From a bacterium (GTDB taxonomy: Bacteria; SZUA-182; DTGQ01), in NCBI GenBank assembly GCA_040752695.1, contig JBFMGO010000015.1, forward strand, positions 1 through 64,000: a stretch of 64,000 nt of DNA, written 5' to 3'. The notes under the pieces were generated by a model, which did no database searches, was not told the DNA's origin, and saw nothing but the letters and a program-made list of their open reading frames with translations. A program made the position numbers and the translations under genes. Positions 53,684 through 62,932 of this stretch are shown here, piece by piece. Each line of letters opens with the position of its first letter. Positions within the stretch are counted from its first letter, which is position 1.

Positions 53684-55381
53684 CTACCACCAGAGAAAAT
53701 TGATCATTCCGCCAATGGTTATAGCCACAGCTACCATGATGAGCGAGGCTTTGATCATATCTTTCAATCCCAGTTCCTTGAGCAGGATAAAGAACGTGGC
53801 CACACAGGGAAAGTAAACCGTCAGTATGGTCGAAGCAGTGACTAACTGTTTTACGGAGAGGTGCAAAGGCTCCAGCATTCCCACGGCCACATCTTTTCTC
53901 AAGAATCCGATGATCATGGCTGGCACGACCTCCTGAGGAAGGCCCCAAACCTTTGTCGCTACCGGTGCAGCCACAAGGCTGATGAATTTCATGACACCGA
54001 TGGCATTCAAAACATTAATGATAAAAATGCCGAGCAGCACCAGGGGCACGGCCTCGTCTAAAAATTCGAATACCCGCACCCTCAGTTTTTTAATGAGAGC
54101 ACCGAGGTGCGGCACATGGTAAGAGGGAATTTCCATGAAGATTTCGGGGCTTCCGCCTTTGAGGACCTTGTCCAGGATTGTGCCGGTCACGATGCCGATG
54201 GCCATTAATATCCCATAGACCAAAAAGACATAAACAAGTCCGTACCTTCCGACCAGACCGATAATCATGGCACTCTGGGCCATGCAGGGCACCGAGATGC
54301 ACAAAAGGGTCGAGGCGATGAATTTTTCTCTCCGCGTTTCCAAAACACGGGTAGATAGGGCGCCGGGAACATTGCATCCAAGGCCCAGGACAATCGAGAT
54401 GATGGCAAAGCCGTGCAACCCTACCCGGTGCATGATGGTATCGGCCAGAACCGCCAGCCGCGGAAGGTATCCCACATCCTCCAGAATGCCAAGAATAAGG
54501 TAAAAAGAGAAAATATAGGGAAGCACCATTCCAAGGGGCACATAAAGCCCTGTGGTTAGAAGCCCCAGAGATTCGATAAAGTTGGTCGAATTCCCGATCA
54601 GAATATTGTACATCATCCCTGAAGGGAAGGCGATTTTTACCAGCCTGATAATCCAGGGGCCATAAACCCGGTAGAAAAAAGGGTCCATAACGTAATGGAT
54701 CAGTGATTCTCCCAGAAATCGAATGATGGCAAAACAGAGGAGTAAGATCAGGATGGCAAGAGGAATTCCGGTATGGGGCATGAGGCTGGCATCGCTAATT
54801 TTCTCTAAGAAGGTATGGTGGCGATGGGTGATAAGCTGGACATCCATGATGATTTTCCCGATATCGACCCATCGCTCTTCATCGGAGTGCTGACGAACGT
54901 GAGGAGCCCTGGCCTGGCTGATATGGGCCACCAGTTCCTTAATGCCTTCTCCAGCCACGGCAACTGTCGGAATAATCGGGACCTGCAAAAACTCTCTCAA
55001 TTTTTCAAGGTCAAGATTGATCCCCTTGTGTTTGACATCGTCCCACATATTCAGAGCCAGAACCATGGGGATGCCCCGCTCCATCAACTGCATGGTGAGG
55101 TAGAGGCTTCGCTCCAGGTTGGTGGCGTCCACGACATTGATGATAATGTCTCCCTCAGCCAGCATCTTTACCGCCACTTCATCCGCCCTGGACAGGGGCT
55201 CGAGGCGGTAAATGCCGGGAACGTCGATTATTTCGGCTTCATTTCCTTCGATCCATATTCGCCCTTTCGTGAATCCTACCGTAGTACCGGGATAGTTGGA
55301 AGATACCACATGGGCACCGGTAAGGCGGGAAAAAATAACGCTCTTACCTACATTCGGGTTGCCCATGAGCAGGATCTTCAT
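53684..55381 (-). CDS. feoB: Ferrous iron transporter FeoB
   Basis: GNPNVGKS; NYPGTTV; DVPG.Y; LED.GYLPR.A; GCNVP; YFPCVAT. Confidence 0.96.
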   Translation of the reverse strand: MKILLMGNPNVGKSVIFSRLTGAHVVSSNYPGTTVGFTKGRIWIEGNEAEIIDVPGIYRLEPLSRADEVAVKMLAEGDIIINVVDATNLERSLYLTMQLMERGIPMVLALNMWDDVKHKGINLDLEKLREFLQVPIIPTVAVAGEGIKELVAHISQARAPHVRQHSDEERWVDIGKIIMDVQLITHRHHTFLEKISDASLMPHTGIPLAILILLLCFAIIRFLGESLIHYVMDPFFYRVYGPWIIRLVKIAFPSGMMYNILIGNSTNFIESLGLLTTGLYVPLGMVLPYIFSFYLILGILEDVGYLPRLAVLADTIMHRVGLHGFAIISIVLGLGCNVPGALSTRVLETRREKFIASTLLCISVPCMAQSAMIIGLVGRYGLVYVFLVYGILMAIGIVTGTILDKVLKGGSPEIFMEIPSYHVPHLGALIKKLRVRVFEFLDEAVPLVLLGIFIINVLNAIGVMKFISLVAAPVATKVWGLPQEVVPAMIIGFLRKDVAVGMLEPLHLSVKQLVTASTILTVYFPCVATFFILLKELGLKDMIKASLIMVAVAITIGGMINFLWW

Positions 55382-55610
55382 CCACCACCTCCAGGAAAAT
55401 TTTCCGGGCCATACCCATCCCGATAGCTACCAGAGTATTATCAACTTCAACCACTACCGGGCTGTTCAGGATCGATTTGCCGATTTTTTTTATTCGTTTC
55501 CCGATCCGGAAATTCAAAGAATTCATTTTGGCCTGAAATTGAGCTCCTTCACCCAACTGTCTGATAACACCGATCGTATTAATTTTCATTTCCGCGAGAG
55601 AAATCATCAT
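55344..55610 (-). CDS. feoA: FeoA family protein
   Basis: G....A.M.SL..R.G..I.......P.VV.V......IG.GMA.KI; directly upstream of feoB. Confidence 0.85.
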   Translation of the reverse strand: MMISLAEMKINTIGVIRQLGEGAQFQAKMNSLNFRIGKRIKKIGKSILNSPVVVEVDNTLVAIGMGMARKIFLEVVDEDPAHGQPECR

Positions 55611-55629
55611 TAAGAGGACCTTTTTCCAT

Positions 55630-55677
55630 GTCAATATTTGGTATTATTGACCGAGTCACAATATTAGTATTATTGAC
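55630..55677. promoter_or_regulatory. Two tandem AT-rich palindromes upstream of feoAB (candidate metal-repressor operators)
   Basis: GTCAATA-tttggtat-TATTGAC and CAATA-ttagtat-TATTG. Confidence 0.5.
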
Positions 55678-55801
55678 TGAAGATAATTCAGTGCATAATA
55701 AACAAATTTTCCATTACTTAGCGATTGTATTATAATGGCTAAGAACTTTTTTAGCAAGGGATAAATTCTCTCCTTGACAATCTGAAAGAGACTCCTTTAG
55801 A

Positions 55802-57157
55802 ATGGGGCACATGCCCACGCAGGTTAAGATCTATTCAATTTCTCAAATTACTTCCCGTATCAGAAATAATCTGGAATCAGAATTTGGCGATGTCTGGATC
55901 GAGGGAGAAATCTCCAATCTGAAGGCCCCTTTTTCCGGCCATATATATTTCATTTTAAAGGATTCAGCCAGCCAGATACGGGCCGTCGCCTTCCGCTACC
56001 AATGCCGCTCTTTTACCTTCCGGCCCCAGGATGGCATGAAGGTTTTAGTGCGAGGCAGAATTACGGTTTACGATGCCCGGGGCGAATATCAGATTGTCGT
56101 AGAGCGGATGGAAGTGCGAGGGGCCGGAGCGCTCCAGGCTGCATTCGAGCAGCTCAAGGCAAAGCTCCAGGCCGAAGGGCTCTTTGCTCCCGAGGCGAAA
56201 AAGCCGATACCCCTTTATCCGCAAACCATCGGTATTGTCACCTCTCCGACCGGAGCGGCCATCCGGGACATTTTACAGGTTATCCGCCGCCGGTTTTCCA
56301 CCGTTTCGATCGTTATTTACCCGGTGCGGGTCCAGGGTGAGGAAGCCCCAGGGGAAATTGCCCGGGCTGTCCGCGAGTTTAACGAATGGCCGGACATCGA
56401 TGTCCTTATCGTCGGCCGTGGAGGAGGCTCCATCGAAGACCTGTGGGCCTTTAACGAGGAAGTCGTGGCCAGAGCCATTTTTGAATCCCGCATTCCGATT
56501 ATCTCCGCGGTAGGGCATGAGATCGATTTTACGATTGCCGATTTCGTGGCTGACTTAAGAGCCCCTACTCCTTCTGCGGCTGCTGAACTGGTTGTCAAAA
56601 ATAAAAAAGATCTTCTCGATCGCATCGAGGCTGTTCAAAAAAAGATGCACCGCATTCTGCGGCACAAGGTAGATCTTTATACAAGCCGCGTTCAGCGCTA
56701 CAGCCAGACCTTGGTATCGCCCCGTTCCCTGGACCGGTTTTTTCAAGGGCATCAGCAGACAGTGGATACTCTGGAATTGCGTTTGCGAAAATCCCTTGGG
56801 CACAAACTTTCATTGGCCAGAGGGCAGGCACAGCACACCATGGATACCTTTTATCGGTTCACTCCCCTGGCCCGTATCCGCGCCTGGCAGGAGAGGGTAG
56901 GGCTCCTTGGGCAAGAGCTCTATCGGCGGCAGGAGAAGTATCTGGAAAATCGAAAAGCGCGCCTTTGCACCGCAGCGGCAAAACTCGACTCCTTAAGTCC
57001 ACTGGCAGTATTGAAGCGAGGGTATGGCATCTGTCGAAAATTACCGGATCTTACCATTATCACTGACTCAAAGAGCCTTGGTCCCAGAGATTTAGTAAAT
57101 ATTAAGCTGTTTTGCGGAGAAATTATTTGCGAGGTAAAAAATAATGGCGAAATTTAA
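55802..57157 (+). CDS. xseA: Exodeoxyribonuclease VII large subunit (start may be 55811)
   Basis: GEISN....SGH.YF.LKD; TSPTGAAIRD; RGGGS.EDLW.FN.E; SAVGHE.D; PTPSAAAE. Confidence 0.96.
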   Translation: MGHMPTQVKIYSISQITSRIRNNLESEFGDVWIEGEISNLKAPFSGHIYFILKDSASQIRAVAFRYQCRSFTFRPQDGMKVLVRGRITVYDARGEYQIVVERMEVRGAGALQAAFEQLKAKLQAEGLFAPEAKKPIPLYPQTIGIVTSPTGAAIRDILQVIRRRFSTVSIVIYPVRVQGEEAPGEIARAVREFNEWPDIDVLIVGRGGGSIEDLWAFNEEVVARAIFESRIPIISAVGHEIDFTIADFVADLRAPTPSAAAELVVKNKKDLLDRIEAVQKKMHRILRHKVDLYTSRVQRYSQTLVSPRSLDRFFQGHQQTVDTLELRLRKSLGHKLSLARGQAQHTMDTFYRFTPLARIRAWQERVGLLGQELYRRQEKYLENRKARLCTAAAKLDSLSPLAVLKRGYGICRKLPDLTIITDSKSLGPRDLVNIKLFCGEIICEVKNNGEI

Positions 57158-57440
57158 ATTCGAGGAAGCCCTGGAGCGGTTAGAGCAGATTGTCCGCCAG
57201 TTGGAGGAGGGGTCTTTAGGCCTGGACGAATCCCTGAAGATATTTGACGAGGGGATCAAGCTTACTCAAGCCTGCACGAAAAAGCTGGAGGAATCGGAGA
57301 GGAAAATTCAGATCCTCCTGAGAAACGAACAGGGAGAACAATCCCTTCAGCCCTTTGTGATTGGTGATGATGACGGCTCCGTCTCTTCGGTCGATGAGGC
57401 TGAAGAAACAGCGTTGAAGAACGAGGAGAGTTTCGAGTGA
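57144..57440 (+). CDS. xseB: Exodeoxyribonuclease VII small subunit
   Basis: FEEAL.RLE.IV..LE.G.L.L.ES...F.EG..L...C. Confidence 0.93.
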   Translation: MAKFKFEEALERLEQIVRQLEEGSLGLDESLKIFDEGIKLTQACTKKLEESERKIQILLRNEQGEQSLQPFVIGDDDGSVSSVDEAEETALKNEESFE

Positions 57441-58039
57441 TCCTTCTGGCCGGGGCAGATCTCAAGGCCGCTGCTCGCATCCACTCCCCAGGGTCGGACA
57501 AACTGAATGGCCTGGGCTACATTGACCGGATTCAGCCCTCCTGAAAGGATAATCCGTCCATAGCGTTTAGCCGATATGGCCAATCTCCAGTCGAATGTCT
57601 GGCCAGTGCCCCCCATTCTGTCCACGGTAAAGGTGTCCAGTAAATAAACGGGAAGCGAATAATCCGCAAGGCTGGCAAGATCGCTTTCTTTTTGAATCCG
57701 AAAGGCCTTGATACCCCTGCGAGGAAACTTGCGGCAATACTCCGGGGTCTCGTGGCCGTGAAACTGAAGGTAATCCAGCGAGCAATAATCAAGGATTTCA
57801 CGCACAAGCCGAATGTCCTCATCGACAAACACTCCTACCCGGCTCACCCAGGGGGGGAGCAACTCGATAATCTGCCGGGCCGCTTCAGGGGTAACCTTTC
57901 GGGGGCTTTCAGCAAAGATAAACCCGACCGCATCGGCACCTAACTCCGCCGCCTTGAACGCGTCTTCTGACCGGGTGATCCCGCAAATCTTCACCCTGGT
58001 TTTCGGTTTTCCTGGTGATTCTTTAATCATCATCATCAT
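57347..58039 (-). CDS. trpF: Phosphoribosylanthranilate isomerase
   Basis: VKICGIT; SPR.V; QFHG.E; GGTG..FDW; LSGGL...NV; VD.SSG.E. Confidence 0.95.
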   Translation of the reverse strand: MMMMIKESPGKPKTRVKICGITRSEDAFKAAELGADAVGFIFAESPRKVTPEAARQIIELLPPWVSRVGVFVDEDIRLVREILDYCSLDYLQFHGHETPEYCRKFPRRGIKAFRIQKESDLASLADYSLPVYLLDTFTVDRMGGTGQTFDWRLAISAKRYGRIILSGGLNPVNVAQAIQFVRPWGVDASSGLEICPGQKDHSKLSSFFNAVSSASSTEETEPSSSPITKG

Positions 58040-58078
58040 AATTCCCTCAAAGAAAGTAGGCACGTTACTCCACGTTAC

Positions 58079-58873
58079 TCATGGACGGCCCCTTAGTTCC
58101 TGAATTGCCCGGCCGATATCCTCTTTGGCCATGAAAGCTTCACCGACCAGGACGGCATGTACCCCCAAGGACTTCAAAAAATGCAGGTCTTGCGCATGGT
58201 GGATACCGCTTTCACTTACGATAACGCGATCGTGGGGGATGAGGGGGGCAAGCCGGCCAGTGACCGACAGGTCCACCTGGAAGGTTTTCAGGTCACGGTT
58301 ATTGATTCCGATGATCGGCGCTTCGGTCATGAGAGCTTTTTCCAGTTCTTCCTGATTATGAACTTCCAGAAGAACATGGAGGCCAAGACTCGAAGAAAGG
58401 GCGAGAAAATCGGAAAGCTCGGCCCTAGACAAAGCTGCCGCAATCAGTAAAAGAGCGTCCGCTCCGGCCACTTTCGCCTCATAGATCTGATAGGCATCTA
58501 TGATAAAGTCTTTCCGCAGCAGGGGGATGGAGGTAATGTCCCGGACCATTTGAAGGTAGGCCAGATCTCCCTGAAAGAATTTCCGGTCAGTCAGGATGGA
58601 AATAGCTGCTGCACCATTTTGCTGGTAACACTCGGCTATGGAGAGGGGATCGAAGTCCTTCCGGATGACTCCCCGGGAAGGTGATGCCTTCTTGATTTCG
58701 GCAATGATGGATATCTCATCCTGTTCATTTGACCCCTTCAGTGCTTTTTGGAAGTCTCGGGCTGGAGGCGAAGCTTTGGATTTTTCCTCCAGTTCCCGAA
58801 GAGGAACCGAGAGTTTTTTTCGGGCTACTTCACTCCTTTTATGGGCCAGGATTTCGTCAAGCATTGCTTTCAT
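58079..58873 (-). CDS. trpC: Indole-3-glycerol phosphate synthase
   Basis: IAEIKKASPSRG; LRKDFI; GINNRDL; SESGI; start near the trpD stop. Confidence 0.96.
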   Translation of the reverse strand: MKAMLDEILAHKRSEVARKKLSVPLRELEEKSKASPPARDFQKALKGSNEQDEISIIAEIKKASPSRGVIRKDFDPLSIAECYQQNGAAAISILTDRKFFQGDLAYLQMVRDITSIPLLRKDFIIDAYQIYEAKVAGADALLLIAAALSRAELSDFLALSSSLGLHVLLEVHNQEELEKALMTEAPIIGINNRDLKTFQVDLSVTGRLAPLIPHDRVIVSESGIHHAQDLHFLKSLGVHAVLVGEAFMAKEDIGRAIQELRGRP

Positions 58874-59882
58874 TTTTCCCCTGGATACATTGCCGCAAGG
58901 AATCCAGTTTGGCCAGGGCTGCGCCGGTGTCGATGGACTGGGCAGCCAGTTTGATGCTTTCGGCCAGATTTTCGGCTTTTCCATAGACATAGAGAGCGGC
59001 TCCGGCATTGAGCAGAACGATGTCCCTGGCCGGGCCTTTTTTCCCTCCCAGGATGTCCAGTATCAGTCTGGCGTTTTCTTCGGCAGTCCCGCCGGTAAGG
59101 TCCTCTTTTTTGGCCAGCGGGATTCCAAAATCTTCGGGATTCAGCTCGTAATCGACGACCTGACCATCTTTCAGTTCCGATACCCAGGTACGGGTGGTGG
59201 TAGTGATCTCATCAAAACCATCGAGCCCGTGAACCACCATGGCCCGGGTGCTTCCCAGATTTTTGAGTACATTGGCCAGCGGTTTGACCAGCGCTACGTC
59301 GTAGACCCCCAGCAATTGGCATTGAGCCCCTGCCGGGTTGGTCATTGGGCCGAGGATATTAAAGACTGTCCGAATGCCAATTTCTTTTCTGGGTCCAATC
59401 GCATATCGCATGGACTTATGCCAGATCGGGGCAAAGAAAAAGCCTATTCCTGCTTCCTTAAGACATTTCTCCACAACGGGCGGTTCGGCCGTAAGATCGA
59501 TTCCGAGGGCAGACAGGCAATCCGCACTGCCGCATTTACTGGAGACCGACCGGTTTCCATGCTTGGCAACGACAGCGCCCGCCCCTGCGGCCACAAGAGC
59601 TGCCGCAGTGGAAATATTAAAGGTGTGGGCACCGTCTCCGCCGGTTCCGCAGGTATCCAGCACCGGTGAATCCACTGTTACCCTTTCGACTTTCTCCCGC
59701 ATGACCTGAGTGAACCCGGTGATTTCCTCTACGGTTTCCCCCTTCATACGCAAGGCGGTAATAAAGCAGGCGATCTGAGCATCAGTAGCCATGCCTTCCA
59801 TGATCTGTCTCATCACTTCGGTCGCTTCCTGACGGGACAGATCTCCTCCTGCTACAACCTGAGCAATAGCCTCCTTGAGCAT
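58857..59882 (-). CDS. trpD: Anthranilate phosphoribosyltransferase
   Basis: DTCGTGGDG..TFNIST; KHGNRS.SS..GSAD; RT.FN.LGP..NP. Confidence 0.97.
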   Translation of the reverse strand: MLKEAIAQVVAGGDLSRQEATEVMRQIMEGMATDAQIACFITALRMKGETVEEITGFTQVMREKVERVTVDSPVLDTCGTGGDGAHTFNISTAAALVAAGAGAVVAKHGNRSVSSKCGSADCLSALGIDLTAEPPVVEKCLKEAGIGFFFAPIWHKSMRYAIGPRKEIGIRTVFNILGPMTNPAGAQCQLLGVYDVALVKPLANVLKNLGSTRAMVVHGLDGFDEITTTTRTWVSELKDGQVVDYELNPEDFGIPLAKKEDLTGGTAEENARLILDILGGKKGPARDIVLLNAGAALYVYGKAENLAESIKLAAQSIDTGAALAKLDSLRQCIQGKNESNA

Positions 59883-59920
59883 AGCGGTATGTTCCTCCTA
59901 TTTCTTACATTTTCTGGTTC

Positions 59921-60496
59921 TTACATTTCCAGAAAGTTTTTCAAAAGCAGTTTTCCTTCCTTGGTCAAAATAGACTCCGGATGGAACTGAACTCCTTCAA
60001 TGGGGAGATCCCTGTGCCGGATTCCCATGATTTCTCCTTCTTCGGTACGGGCAGTAATCTGAAGGCATGGGGGAAGAGTGTCACTCTTAACGATCAGGGA
60101 ATGATAGCGGGTGGCGATAAAAGGGTTACTCAACCCTCTGAACAATTTTTGTCCATCGTGATAAATCATCGAGGTTTTCCCGTGCATCAGCCGGTCGGCT
60201 CTTACCACTTCACCACCAAAACAATGGGCAATGCATTGATGTCCAAGGCAAACGCCAAGGGTCGGGATGGAGGGGCCTAACTCCTTGATTACTTCATTCG
60301 AAATTCCTGCTTCACGTGGCGTACAGGGCCCGGGTGAGATGACGATCTTGTCGAGAGCGAGCTCCATAATGTGCTCCAGCGTAAGATCATCATTGCGGAA
60401 TACCAGAACTTCTGCCCCTAATTCTCCCAGGTATTGAACAATATTATAGGTGAAAGAATCATAATTATCGATCATGAGAACATTCGGACGAATCAC
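59921..60496 (-). CDS. trpG: Anthranilate synthase component II (glutamine amidotransferase)
   Basis: [27 protein letters not shown]. Confidence 0.95.
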   Translation of the reverse strand: MIRPNVLMIDNYDSFTYNIVQYLGELGAEVLVFRNDDLTLEHIMELALDKIVISPGPCTPREAGISNEVIKELGPSIPTLGVCLGHQCIAHCFGGEVVRADRLMHGKTSMIYHDGQKLFRGLSNPFIATRYHSLIVKSDTLPPCLQITARTEEGEIMGIRHRDLPIEGVQFHPESILTKEGKLLLKNFLEM

Positions 60497-61994
60497 TGTT
60501 TACCTTTCTAATAGCCTCAATCAAGGCCCTTGCTTTGTTTAACGTTTCCTGATATTCCAATTGAGGGTCGGAATCAGCTACGATTCCAGCGCCAGCCTGT
60601 ATATAAGCGGTGCTTCCCTTGATAACGATCGTGCGAATAGTAATACAGGTATCCATATTCCCGGAAAAGCCGAAATAACCAACCGCTCCGGCGTAGGGAC
60701 CTCTTTTGACCGGCTCAAGCTCTTCGATAATCTGCATGGCCCGCACCTTGGGTGCCCCGGATACGGTCCCTGCAGGGAAGCATGCGGTAAGCGCGTCATA
60801 GCAGTCCTTGTCATCCCTCAGTATTCCTTTGACATTAGAGACAATATGCATAACGTGAGAATATCTTTCAATCACCATCAGTTCGGTCACGTGAACGGTA
60901 CCGGGCCGACAGACGCGGCCCATGTCATTTCTTCCCAGATCTACTAGCATAATATGTTCCGCACGCTCTTTGGGGTCTGCCAGAAGGTTTTCAGCCAAAA
61001 ACCGGTCTTCCTCCTCCGTAGTGCCCCGTTTCCGGGTGCCGGCGATGGGACGTTCTTCTACGACGCCATCCTCGACCCGGACAAGGAGTTCCGGAGACGC
61101 TCCTACGATCCTGAAGTCTTCATGCTGTAGGTAATACATATAAGGTGATGGGTTTAAAAGCCGAAGCGCCCGGTAGAGGTCAAAAGAATTACAGGAAATC
61201 CCGGTGGATAACCGCTGGGAGAGGACGACTTGAAAAATATCTCCTGCCGCGATATATTCCTTTGCGGTTTTTACGCATTGTTCAAAATCGGCCTGTGTGT
61301 AATTCGAGGAGATATTGAGCTGTCCCAGGACGGTATCGGTCGATGGGTGCGTTCGATTCATGACATCGCCATCAAGGATCTGGAATGTAGCCGCTGCCGG
61401 GGATTGCAGTTTTTTATAGAGCTGATTAATCTTTTCAATAGCCTGCTCATAGGCCCGATCAACCGAATCCTCGATAAAGGCATTGGAAATTATTTTGATC
61501 GTATGGGCCATATGGTCAAAGATGAGAAGAGTGTCGGTAATAAAAAATAAGAATTCCGGCACATTCAATTCGTCCGGATTTTCCTCCGGTATGGGCTCAA
61601 AGCTGCGGACATGGTCATAACCGATATATCCAACCGCTCCTCCAAAGAATCGCGGCAGCCCGGCCACTGGTGCGGTTCGAAATCTGGCCATCTGCTCTTT
61701 TAATACTTTCAGGGGATTTTCCGTGGAAATCACAGTGCTTGGATGAGACTTTTCCTGAATTTCCACTTGACCTTTACGGCCCAGGATAACTACCATCGGA
61801 TCAGAGCCCAGGAAAGAGTATCGGGCGATTTTTTCACCACCATCCACACTTTCGAGAAGGAAAGACTTGCCGCTGTCGATTTTTTTGAAAGCTGAGACAG
61901 GGGTGTCCATATCAGCACAGATCTCCCGATAGACAGGGATTAAATTACCCCTTTGGGCTATTTTTTGAAATGTTCCTTTGTCTGGGTAATACAT
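60465..61994 (-). CDS. trpE: Anthranilate synthase component I
   Basis: [41 protein letters not shown]. Confidence 0.96.
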   Translation of the reverse strand: MYYPDKGTFQKIAQRGNLIPVYREICADMDTPVSAFKKIDSGKSFLLESVDGGEKIARYSFLGSDPMVVILGRKGQVEIQEKSHPSTVISTENPLKVLKEQMARFRTAPVAGLPRFFGGAVGYIGYDHVRSFEPIPEENPDELNVPEFLFFITDTLLIFDHMAHTIKIISNAFIEDSVDRAYEQAIEKINQLYKKLQSPAAATFQILDGDVMNRTHPSTDTVLGQLNISSNYTQADFEQCVKTAKEYIAAGDIFQVVLSQRLSTGISCNSFDLYRALRLLNPSPYMYYLQHEDFRIVGASPELLVRVEDGVVEERPIAGTRKRGTTEEEDRFLAENLLADPKERAEHIMLVDLGRNDMGRVCRPGTVHVTELMVIERYSHVMHIVSNVKGILRDDKDCYDALTACFPAGTVSGAPKVRAMQIIEELEPVKRGPYAGAVGYFGFSGNMDTCITIRTIVIKGSTAYIQAGAGIVADSDPQLEYQETLNKARALIEAIRKVNSDSSECSHDR

Positions 61995-62107
61995 ATATCC
62001 TCACGTATCTTCAATTGATTTGAAAAGGTTACTTTTCAGTCCGCCCCAAAAGAACAAAAAGGAAAAAATTATACTGTAAAAATTATGCGCTGGGATGACT
62101 AAGGTCT

Positions 62108-62151
62108 AAAAAGCAAAAAGCCACAGAATCCCCTTGTAAGGACCCTATGGC
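62108..62151 (-). terminator. Attenuator terminator upstream of trpE
   Basis: Minus strand GCCATAGGGTCCTT-ACAA-GGGGATTCTGTGGC followed by TTTTTGCTTTTT. Confidence 0.75.
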
Positions 62152-62196
62152 TTAAGAGCCTTCTTTGTGAAATCAGGCAGCCAAAAGGGACCCTTA

Positions 62197-62265
62197 TTAA
62201 GCCAAAAACCGCCACCCTTTCCATTCCCTCCCTTTTTTCAAGAGGGATGGAGGGATTTTCAACAT
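62197..62265 (-). CDS. trpL: Putative trp leader peptide MLKIPPSLLKKGREWKGWRFLA
   Basis: GGGAGG RBS 8 nt before ATG; two Trp codons near the end; lies just before the terminator/antiterminator pair. Confidence 0.65.
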   Translation of the reverse strand: MLKIPPSLLKKGREWKGWRFLA

Positions 62266-62354
62266 TGAACATACCTCCCGAACATATATTTACATTCAGA
62301 TGGATCTACTTTTATTTCTTTTTACAAAAAATTACTTCCTTTTTCAAAATAATT

Positions 62355-62383
62355 AGAATAACCAAAAGCCTTTCATTTGTCAA
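62355..62383 (-). promoter_or_regulatory. Putative sigma70 promoter of the trp operon
   Basis: TTGACA-N17-TATTCT on the minus strand. Confidence 0.55.
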
Positions 62384-62932
62384 GGATAATCAGCATCTTT
62401 TCGGTAGAAAGACCGTAACCGTTTTTTATCTTGCATTTTTTCCTCTCCTTACATGCAAGTATTTACAAGATGTGAATATGATTTCATAGTTCATAACATA
62501 TTGAATTACAATGGCAAAAAAAATGCTGTCTGGACCATGAAATATCTTGCATACTTTTTTCCCCAACCTTCTTTTTTCCGTGATGAGCACACCTCTTTAT
62601 CATTTTGAAAAAGATGCCATAATGCAAATCTCTTATCTCCGTCTTGTTTAGGTATAAGGATAGTATGTTCTCCTTTTCAGGAAGAAAAGCAGGCATATAT
62701 ATTGCAAAGTCTTTTTATAGTCTTTTTATAACCTTAAGACGGGTGATAACAAGTGATTTTTCTTGTTTTTTTATTTCCAGGAATGAGAAGCCATAAAAGT
62801 GCCTGGTACTTTTGAAGAGGAGGTGAACATATAGGGGTCTTTTGTCCTGCATAATAATTCGTAATGAATCTTCACCGAGCGTAACAGCGTGCGACATATC
62901 CCAATGAGGATATTTATTGAGGAGGGAACTTA

